From positions 145,080,001-145,144,000 of the forward strand of contig CM059429.1 in the NCBI GenBank assembly GCA_030390025.1: a stretch of DNA of 64,000 nucleotides. The letters are read 5' to 3'. Below the pieces are notes generated by a model, which worked only from the letters and a program-made list of their open reading frames with translations, was not told the DNA's origin and did not search any database. This DNA is from Squalus acanthias (Eukaryota). The number at the start of each line of letters is the position of its first letter. The first letter of the stretch is position 1. A program made the translations under genes and the position numbers. Of this stretch, positions 38,449-48,659 are shown piece after piece.

Positions 38449-40042
38449 GGGCCGGATTTTCCAGATCGGAGGCTCCCTGCGTGCGGATGCCTCCGATCTG
38501 GAAAAATCTATGCACTTAAAGATGCAGAGGCCCAGGTATCCCAGGGGCGCATGTGGTTTGCAAGCGTCCCTGGGATCACGTGGGCCATGGGGAACCAATC
38601 AAAGAAGGGAATCCCCCTTCATACTTTTGACAGGCCTCTACGCACAGATCTGTCAAAAGTATGAATGGGGATCACTTAAAAAAAAGTTAAACATTAAATA
38701 ATTTAATTTTTTAAATCATGTATTTAAAATTAGTTAAAATTACATTAAATTAAATATTTTAAACAAAAATTTTATTTTTGAAAAAAGTTTTTTTTACAGG
38801 GCTAAAAATAAACTGACCTTATTTAAAAAGTATTTTTAAATTATAAATGAGTGAAAAATTTTTTTTATTTTTTTTATTTTTTTAAACTCTTTGGGGTAAA
38901 AATTCACTTGGTTGCGCCTCCCGTTAGCGCCTTAAGAGGGCGCTAATGGGGCGCAAAGCCGCTAACGCCCGGACGCAGCGATGTTTGCGCCGCTCGAGAA
39001 CTTAACTTGAGATTGTGCGGCGGCGCTAAAACTTACCGCTGCGACCACCTGCGCGCGCAGATTGTGACGTCATTCCATGGTGCAACGCCCTTGTGGCGCC
39101 CCGTAGCGGAAATTGAGTGGCGCCCCCTGCCTTACCGCCTGGCGCTTCCAACGACCAGAAGACTGGAACGCTATCAATCGCTGTGGGGCTGGGGGGGGCG
39201 CTATTTAAAGGGGGCCTCTTCCTGTCTTTTATTGTTGGTGGCATTTTTGAACTACGCATTCTGAGAGAGAGAGGGAGAGACTTCTGGAGAGATTCAACGT
39301 TGTGTGAAGGAGTTTTGGGTACTGAGCAGCACTTTGCAGGTTCATTTTGATTTGCCATTCCTTGTATCGATTTAGCAGAGACTGTGGGAGCTGCACTCTG
39401 AGCTCTTTGCCTGGTACTTTCCATTGTTCTTTCCAGCACATTTGATGTGCAAGTCTCTCCAGGCCGAGATTCAAGGCAGCAATGAACAGGATGTGGATGG
39501 AAAGCAAGATTAACCATCCCCTTTAAGAACTGGCCCGTGCCATTGTGTGTGTGTTCCATTGCTGACTGACATTACATGAGCTTCGCCAGCGCTCCGAGTT
39601 AGCGCCTCACTGCTCGGCCTTTGCGCCTTAAGAGAGGTGTGCAGCGCCTGCTTTAGCGCTCCACTCACCTCCCGGGGCGGTAAAAGTGAAGTTTCCTGTC
39701 AGTGCCGATAATTAGCGCCAGGCGCTAATATTTGCGTCCGGACGATATTTGCGCCCCAAATGGGGCGTGACCTAATTTCTACCCCTTAGGCTGGTAAAAG
39801 CAGGCCTTACACAGGCTTTTACCAGGCGTAAGATTTTTGAAGATTTTCACTGGGCGGAAGTTGTGCAGAAAGCGGTACTCTGCCCGCGGAGGCCCTTTTC
39901 CCGGGCAGGCAGATGATCTGTCAAGAGAATTCTTGACAGATCGGAAGTGCCGGGTTTTAGCGCATGTGCTTCACATGCCTGAAACCGGCACTTGCGCGGC
40001 CCCTACGTAATACGCACCCGTGGGGGTCGGAATATCCAGCCC
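38449..40042. mobile_element. Harbinger-type MITE (outer)
   Basis: TIRs GGGCCGGATTTTCC / GGAATATCCAGCCC; 3-bp ATT direct repeats at 38446-38448 and 40043-40045. Confidence 0.8.
38893..39785. mobile_element. Harbinger-type MITE nested in the outer MITE
   Basis: TIRs GGGGTAAAAATT / AATTTCTACCCC; CpG-rich subterminal GCGC and TAGCGCC repeats. Confidence 0.75.
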
Positions 40043-40197
40043 ATTACAATCTCACGGAAGTATATGCCCCATTAGATGATTAGGGAACAGCATTGAGAGT
40101 GGTTTCATAAGCGGTGACTGCACTTCAAAGTATTCTAGTTGTCTTCAGACAGCCCAATGGCAAAGGTTAGATATTTTTTGTTGGTTTGAGGGCATAC

Positions 40198-40317
40198 CTT
40201 GATATTTCCTTGTTCATATACTTTGAATAGAGTGTGGATTATATGCTGGCTGTGATATCAATGTATGGGGAGTCTGAATTCGCTGAATGTTTGCATGCTT
40301 TTTCTGATTTTCAAAAG
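40198..40317 (-). CDS. Candidate HHLA2 cytoplasmic-tail exon B (stop at 40214-40216)
   Basis: ataacag| acceptor and strong AAG|gtatg donor. Phase 1 gives AFENQKKHANIQRIQTPH...IQSI*, with basic residues right after the TM segment. Confidence 0.35.
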
Positions 40318-40389
40318 CTGTTATCACAGAAATTGGAGAACAATGTACAGTCTACTTGCTTAAAACCTGTTACAGCTCTAACTTTTTCC

Positions 40390-40426
40390 AGTTCTGATGA
40401 AAGGTCATCGACGTGAAACGTTAACT
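40390..40426 (+). ncRNA. Minimal hammerhead ribozyme motif in a Penelope-derived repeat (about 40364-40525); stem II mismatch
   Basis: AGTT-CTGATGA-A-AGGTC atc GACGT-GAAA-CG-TT-AACT. Confidence 0.65.
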
Positions 40427-40612
40427 CTGTTTCTCTCTCCACGATGCTGCCTGACCTGCTGAGTATTTCCAGCATTTTCTGGTTTTTTCGTATTTCCAGC
40501 ATCCGCAGTATTTTGCTTTTGTATTAGTCTCAAAATCTAGTCTGATGATGTCCACTGATGTGATAAGATTTTAACATATTCTAGAGTTAATTTAAATCCA
40601 TATTCAGCAGAC

Positions 40613-40761
40613 TTAACAACCATCACTGGAATCTAGATTGTCAGTCATGAAAACAGGAGAGTATCTGGAACATTGATCTTCACCAACAGTTGGTCTCATG
40701 TCACACAAATGTTCGTGGTAACAGCACATGTAATTCCTGTCAGTGTCTGGGTTTACAATGC
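40613..40761 (-). CDS. Candidate HHLA2 cytoplasmic-tail exon A
   Basis: Acceptor ttgttttacacag|. Long open frame only in phase 1: GIVNPDTDRNYMCCYHEHLCD...SRYSPV...DGC*. Confidence 0.35.
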
Positions 40762-41064
40762 CTGTGTAAAACAAATCAGTACGTTGCTGTACAGGATATT
40801 GATGTAAACAGAAATAGCTGAAAATTTGAGCTGTTCATGCATCAGGATCTTCATTTCATTTTTCATCTTCTAGTGTTGATGCACAACCTAAGAAACAGTG
40901 GCAGAAGCATGAATGTTTTATGTAGATTCTCCACTCTCCCCTTCTGATATCTCTTGAATACATTGACTCCTTGCTGGGGTATACTTCTACTGCTGTAAAT
41001 AACCCTCTGACACCTCACCTGATTAGCCATTATTTATGTGTGAGCCTTGATGATCAGTGTTGGT

Positions 41065-43770
41065 ACATAAGAGCATAAGAATTAAGAGCAGGAGTAGGCC
41101 ATACGGCCCCTCGAGCCTGCTCCACCATTCAATAAGATCATGGCTGATCTACGACCTCAACACCACTTTCCTGCCTTATCCCCATATCCCTTGATTCCCC
41201 TAGAGTCCAAAAATCTACCTATCTCAACCTTGAATATACTCAGTGACTGAGCATCCACAGCCCTTTGGGGCAGAGAATTCCAAAGATTCACAACCCTCTG
41301 AGTGAAGAAGTTCCTCCTCGTCTCAGTCTTAAAAGGCAGACCCCTTATCCTGAGACTATGCCCCCTAGTTCTGGACTCTCCAGCCATGGGAAACAATCTC
41401 TCAGCATCTATCCTGTCAGTCCCCCTCAAAATCTTATGTGTTTCAATGAGATCTCCTCTCATTCTTCTGAATTCCAAAGAGTGTAGGCCTAATCTACTCA
41501 ATCGCTCCTTATAGGACAACCCTCTCCTCCCAGGGATTAGTCTAGAGAACCTTCGTTGAACCGCCTCTAAGGCAAGTGTATCCTTCCGTAGATAAGGAGA
41601 CCAAAACTGTACACAGTACTCCAGGTGTGGTCTCACCAAAGCCCTGTACAATTGTAGCAAGACTTCCTTACTCTTGTACTCTAACCCCCTAGTAATAAAG
41701 GCCAACAAGCCAGTTGCCTACCTAATTGCTTGCTGTATCTGCATGCTAACTCTCTGTGTTTCCTTTACGAGGACACCTAGATCTCTCACTCACTTAACCT
41801 GTCCATATCCCTTTGCAGGCTCTTTGCATCCTCCTCACAGCTTACTTTCCCACCTAGCTTTGTATCATCAGCAAACTTGGATACATTACACTTTGCCCCT
41901 TCATCTAAGTCATTAATATAGATTGTAAATAGCTGATCCTTGCGGCACCCCACTAGTTATAGCCTGCCGATCTGAAAATGACCCGTTTATCCCAACTCTG
42001 CTTTCTGTCCATTAACCAATCCTCTATCCATGCTAATACATTACCTCCAATCCCATGAGCCCTTATCTTGTATGTGGCACCTTATCGAATGCCTTTTGGA
42101 AATCCAAATATACTGCATCCACTGGTTCCCCTTTATCTACCCTACTACTAGTTACATTGTCAAAAAACATAAATAAATTTATCAAACACGATTTTCCTTT
42201 CATAAAACCATGTTGACTCTGCCTAATAATATTATGATTTTCTAAGTGCCCTGTTACCACTTCCTTAATAATGGATTCTAACATTTTCCCGATGACTGAT
42301 GTCAGGTTAACTGGCCTGTAGTTCCCTGTTTTCTCTCCCTCCTTTCTTGAATAGCATGGTTACATTAGCTACCTTCCAATTCATTGGGACCTTTCCAGGA
42401 TCTAGGGAATTTTGGAAGATCACAACCAATGCATCCACAATCTCTGCAGCAACCTCTTTTAGAACCCTAGGATGTAGTCCATCAGGTCCAGGGGATTTGT
42501 CGGCATTTAATCCCATTATTTTCCCCAAGTACTTTTTCTCTACTGATATTAATTACTTTAAGTTTCTCACTCTCATTAGCCCCTTGGTTCCCCACTATTT
42601 TTAGTATATATTTTGTGTCTTCTACTGTGATGTTTATTTAGGGTCACTGCCATTTCCTTGTTCCCCAATATAAGTTCTCCTGTCTCAGCCTCTAAGGGAC
42701 TAATGCTTGCTTTTGCTGCTCTCTTCTTTTTTACATACTTGTAGAAGCTCTTACAATCTGTTCTTATATTTCTTGCTAATTTACTCTCGTATTCCATTTT
42801 CTCCCTTTTTATCAATTTTTTGATCATCCTTTGCTGGTTTCTAGAGCTCCTCCAATCCTCAAGGCTTACTTCTATTCTTCACAACATTATAAGCCTTTTC
42901 TTTTAATCTAACACTATCCTTAACTTCTTTAGTTAGCCACAGTTGGATCACTTTTCCCGTGGATTTTTTATTTCTCAATGGAATGTATATTCATTGAGAA
43001 TGTTGGAGTATTTCTTTAAATGTTTTCCATTGCTTATCTACCGTCATACCTTTTAATCTAGTTTCCCAATCTACCTTAGCCAACTTGCCCCTTACACCTA
43101 CGTAATTGGCTTTATTTAAGTTTAAGACTCTAGTTTCGGTCTTAAGAATGTCACTCTCAAACTTAATGTGAAATTCTATCATATTATGATCACTCTTCCC
43201 TAGAGGATCCTTTACTATGAGATTTCTAATTAATCCTGTCACATTACACAAAACTAGGTCTAAAATAGCCTGTTCTCTGGTTGGTTCCATGACATATTGT
43301 TCTAGGAAACTGTCTCAAATGCATTCTATGAACTCGTCCTCCAGACTGCCCTTGCCACTTTGATTTGCCCAATCTATATGAAGATTAAAGTCCCCCATGA
43401 TTATTGCATTACCTTTGTTACAAGTTCCTATTATTTCTCGATTAATACTCTGTCCTACAGTATAGCTACTGTTAGGGGGGGGGGGGGTGTCTATAAACTA
43501 CTCCCACCACTGTTTCCTACGCCTTGTTATTTCTTATCTCCACCCATACTGATTCTACTTCCTGATCTTCTGAGCCAAGATCCTTTCTTACTACTGTCCT
43601 TAAGTCATCCTTAATTATCAGGGCTACCCCACTTCCTGTTCTAGTCTGCCTATCCTTTTGAAACGTCAAGTACCCTGGAATATTTAATTCCCAACCTTGG
43701 TCACCTTGCAACCATAATGGCTATTATAGCAAAGCCATTTATCTCTATTTGTGTCATTAATTCGTCTATT
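41065..43770 (-). mobile_element. CR1 LINE ORF2 (EN-RT) with deletions, and 3' end
   Basis: EVESVWVEIRN, LDLVLCN, KSPGPDGLHPRVLKE, DFQKAFDKVPH, LEYCVQFWSP. Confidence 0.92.
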
Positions 43771-44793
43771 TGACCACCTCATATCTACGTATGTGTACTT
43801 ACAGTTGGGGGTCACTGGATAGTGATCAGGAGACAGTACCTTAAGTGATTTTCTCCTACCCAATCCAGGAGCCCTAAGTTTATTTGCAGTGTCCCCTCTC
43901 CTCAGCTGAGAACAGCTATCTCAGTACAGATCAAGCCTGAGACCTGGTCTGGATGGCTTAGATAAACTAGCAGAGTCAGTTAGGGAGCTGGATAATTTAT
44001 GCAATTTGACCACTTTCCCAGCACATCACAGCACAGTTTCTGTAGCTCTGAGGATGGTACTTGGATCTAACTAATGCATGCTTGGCGAGGGAGGAGATTC
44101 AGAAGCAAAAAGTAGGAGGAATAATCAGGCATGGGGGTGTGGGAGTGTAGCTCAAGCGTAAATGAACAGACCCATTCCAGGACTCTCACATGCCAGTCTT
44201 GTAATATGTTACTGGAGCAGTTCTATTTATCGTAATGAGAAATTAGCACTTTGTATTGGTGTAGGTAGCTGGCCAGTTGTCTGACCCAGAAAATCTCTGT
44301 ATCAGCTGAATATGCAGCAGTACGCAGGTGGCACTGATTTTATCCTGAGTTAGGTAGCTTTAGATCAGCCCCCAGGTTGGTTGGTACAATCGCCCCATTA
44401 AAGTGAAATAATTATTTTAAGGACCCTAATACGCGCCACCTGGCGAGGGAAGTTGTGACACAAATCTTAGGCTTCATAGCAGTTAAATAAAATCAGTAAT
44501 ATTCTATAAAAGATGATATATATGTATTAATATCTATTTAATTTTTAGGAATACTCCTTGCCTAGACTTTTCCTCCTTTAATGTACATCCATGTACATAG
44601 TATGTATAAAAAAGGGCCATGAATAATCATATGTAGGACTTAATAACAACTGTATATAGCAGGCATGTTTAGCAGGTTAGGTCACTAATGGTACCGGTAT
44701 TATGGCTTTAACTATATTTATGCTACTACTATGGTTTTGTTTGTGCAAATTCTGCCTTTAGTGCACTGATACAAAGCAGTAAATGATTCTAAC

Positions 44794-44892
44794 CATATAT
44801 TATTCCAAAAATGAACAGAGTAATCAATACGACCAGTATAGCAGCAATTATTCCATAATGTCGGTGTTTTTGGCTTTCCTCATGTGCTGAGT
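44794..44892 (-). CDS. HHLA2: HHLA2 stalk and transmembrane exon (below the ORF-track length cutoff)
   Basis: tttcag| and G|gttaga; phase 1-1, 99 nt. Encodes DSAHEESQKHRHY-GIIAAILVVLITLFIFGIIY, a 20-aa hydrophobic helix. Confidence 0.78.
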
Positions 44893-45129
44893 CTGAAATT
44901 TGAACAGAGTACATTTTAGCAAACTTCATAGAAATCACACATACAGTACATCAGTAAATGTAAAACTAAACAAATACAATGAATAGGGAATTTAAATAAA
45001 GAGAAAAAAACTGCAAATGCTGGAAATCTGGAATAAAAAATGGTAAATGTAGGAAGCGCACAGCTTAGGCTTTTTTGAGGACAGCTATATTAATACACAA
45101 AAGAAGGAAAAATGGGTGAGGCATGTACT

Positions 45130-45750
45130 CAATGAATAATGTTGAAATAGACCTGGGATTCTTAGTAGACTTACTGCGTAACATATCCCACCAATGCAGA
45201 ACAGCAATCAATAAAGTAAATAGAATGCAAAACTAGACAGCCAGGAAGTCACACTCAAACTGACCAATGCTCTGGTTAAACCACTCTTTTGAGCACTGTG
45301 ACTAGTTCTGTCCAGTGAGTCACATTCAAACACTGGAGGCAGTGCAGAGAAGAGTCATGAGGCTTTGAGGTCTGAGTTATCAGGAAAGACTGGAGAAACA
45401 TTGTCTGGAACGCAGTTGGCTGAGAGGTGATCTTATTGAGGTATACAAGATTACAAATGGTATAAAAAAGGTAAATCTGGAAAAATACTTCAAACTTAAT
45501 TGTGTGAATAAGACAAGGGCAACAATTGATCAAACTAGTAAAAGGCAAATTTAGGACTGATATCAGAAAGTTCTTCATACGAAGGGCAATCAATACATGG
45601 AATGGGCTTCTGGATAGAATAGTAAAGGCAAAAATACTGGAATAATTTAAGAAACAATTGGATGCTGAAACAATTGTAGGCTCTTCCTAGATAGATAAAC
45701 TAAGATGGACTAAATGTCTTTCCTGATCCTTAAATATCTTGTGATTTTTT
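45130..45750 (+). mobile_element. Old, diverged CR1 3' fragment
   Basis: agaggtgatcttattgaggtatacaagatt (RGDLIEVYKI) remnant. Confidence 0.6.
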
Positions 45751-45944
45751 TAAAAAGTATTCACTCGGGAAGACTTCAGACACACACCCTACTGTGATGA
45801 AAGTAATTCATGCATACTCAAGGACCTCAATATCAACAAGATGAAGTTTCTAAGCAGACTTCACTACAAATTGGCATCTCATAATAAAAGGGAGGATAAA
45901 GTACTTTATGAAAATATAAGGAGGATATGTGAAAACAGGAAAGA

Positions 45945-46375
45945 AATAAGAACTTGCATTTCTATAGCGCCTTTCATGACCACCGGACGTCCCAAAGCAC
46001 TTTACAGTCAATGAAGTACTTTTTGAAGTGTAGTCACTGATGTAATGTAGGAAACGTGGCAGCCAATTTGCGCACAGCAAGCTCCCATGTGATAATGACC
46101 ACATGATAATGTAATATTGGCAAGGACACCGGGGCTAACTCCCCTGCTCTTCTTCGAAATAGTGCCATGGGATCTTTTACATCCGCCTGAGAGAGCAGAC
46201 GGGGCCTTGGTTTAACATCTCATCCGAAAGACGGCACCTCCGACAGTGCAGCGCTCCCTCAGTACTGCACTGGAGTATTAGCCTAGATTTTTGTGCTCAA
46301 GTCTCTGGAGCGGCACTTGAAACCACAACCTTCTGACTCAGAGGCGAGAGTGCTACCCACTGAGCCACAGGTGAC
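45945..46375 (-). mobile_element. Deu-domain SINE (SacSINE1-like), full length
   Basis: Head gtggctcagtgggtagcactctcgcctctgagtcagaagg (A box), Deu core, L2-like tail. Confidence 0.85.
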
Positions 46376-47859
46376 ATGGAAGGAATTTCAATCAACCAAA
46401 TATATCCTAATTGGGATGACTGGTCTCTTTCATCTGTATACATCTTATGGTCTGGTGGACACACAATTCTCTTTTCTACCTCAGTATTGTAGTATTTGAA
46501 ACTGCATTATGTAATTGTATATGTGTCCATCAGAGGGAGCTAGTCATAGATGTAATGCTTTCATTGATTTGGTAAGCTCTTGGTGGATGTTATATGTGAG
46601 CCAAGAAATTAAGAATAAAAGCAGATGGGTTGAAATTGTAATATTAACATGTCAATGTGTCTATATTAAATTCCTTTGCCCCTCTTTTAACAAAGGTACT
46701 AGACTGTTTATTTTAAATGGGTAGATATCTTTGCTAAAACAGAATCCAGAAGAAGTTCATACAGAAACATTAACCTTTTGTAGTTTATATCACAACATGC
46801 AATTTCACCCCCATATAGTCATTGGTTTAAAAGTATGGTTCCTCTGCAGAGCCCAGTATGAAGAATAAATATCCGCAATCCTAAACATGGATAATACTAG
46901 CATGACACAACTTTTAAGACTGAATAAAATCAGTCCTGCAATGAAATGAGGTAACAAATTATTCAGTACACAAGTATCTCATACAAAGCTAAAAGACAGT
47001 GAAACAGCATCATAACAAATTAGATAAATTATTAGACACAAAACCCTGCAAAGTTCAAATTCATCCAGACAGTTAAATCTCAGACATTTGTTCCTGATTA
47101 CCTAGGGCCAAAGAACACAAATAAAAATTGTGCAAAATGTCTCCAACAGAAAAGATTCTGAACTAATACGAACATCATCAATTCCATAGTTACCAGTGAA
47201 ATGCTCAATGGAAATGACTGCCAGCCAAAAAAAAACACTCACTAAAAGGAATCAGGCAACTGTTAGCAGAAACATTATTTATTAACTGAATAAGGGGGAA
47301 AAAGTGACAAAAATATCTCCAACTGCCTGTCTATTTTTCAGATTTTATTTCTCATTTCACAATTAAATGAACATGTTTTCCATGTTTGAAAAATCAGGAA
47401 AGTAAAATCAAGTACATCAAATCTGAAAACAGCAAAAGTTGCAAAATACAGCAATTGTCCAAAAGATGACATAATTTCTCCTGATTATCAGTTATATTAC
47501 CCCACCAAGAGTCAGTGTCTTCAACTGAGTAGGGGAAAACTGTGTGTGTGTGGGGGCGGGGGGAGATCCTGCCTAACAAATATACATAGAAATAGAATAC
47601 AAAATTGGGGGTTGTTGGTTTACAGAAAATAGGGCACTTATGTTGTAGCTGTCAGATGCACTTCCACTTGTTTAAGCCATGCAGCCGGTACTCCTTGGCA
47701 CTTTTCTTAAACTACTGATCCCCAGTGTATGTCCTCCATTTAGGTTATTGAATAAGACTTCAGCCACTACTAATTTTATTGAGTAAGAAAACTATAAGAA
47801 GTACTCTAAATTACATTAAGACATTTATTATATAAAATTGAGGATGGATGGCGATTGGT

Positions 47860-48570
47860 GCTGACGCCATCTCCCTCTCTGGCCATTGTCTCAGGCTGAG
47901 GCATACTGTTCACAACCTTGGTGTCCTTTAAACCCTGAGCTCAGTTTCCAACCCCATATTCTCACCATCACAAAAACTGCTTACTCCCACCTCTGAAACA
48001 TTGCCCATCTCCATCTTTACCTCAACACATCTGCTGCTGAAACCTCATTCATACATTGGCCCACTCCAGACTCTATTACTCCAATGGGCCAGCCTCCCAT
48101 CCTCCACCCTCTTAATCAAATCTCCACTGCCTGTATCCTATCCCATACCAATGTCTGCTCATCCATCACTCTGTCCTTACTGACCTACATCGGTTCCCAG
48201 ACTCCCATCGCCTTCAGTTTAAAATTCTCACCCTCATGTTTAAATCCCTCCATGACCTTATTTCTGTAACCTCTTCCAGGCCCTGCAACACCCCTCTCAA
48301 ATTCCCCATTCTTCTGACTCTGGACTCTTGTGCATCTCCCTCCTCCTATTTCACCCCTTCGTTGGCAGCAATGTTCTGGAACTGCCTCCCTAAACCCTTC
48401 TGTTTATCCATCTCCCCCTTTTCCTTTAAGACCTTCCTTAAAACCTACCCTTTTGACCAAGCTTTTGGGCACTTCTTATTTGGCTTGATGTCTGTTTTCC
48501 CTTAGGCCTCTGAAGTGTCTTGTGATTTTTTCTTCATTAAAGGCACTATGCAAATGATTGTTGTTATTCA
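47860..48570 (+). mobile_element. L2 LINE 3' fragment, diverged
   Basis: Similar to 7850-8300 and 52955-53423 (FLKTYPFDQAFG). Confidence 0.7.
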
Positions 48571-48659
48571 GTCACAAAATGGCACAGGAGAGCTGAACCG
48601 GAATAGTTTGTCGGGGGTTAGTGCTTGTTACTTGTTTCTAATGGAGCCGCAGCACAACC

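Noticed and set aside
39007-39559. Overlapping ORFs in GC-rich sequence
   Set aside because: They lie inside a nested MITE and lack transposase or other motifs; expected from GC content.
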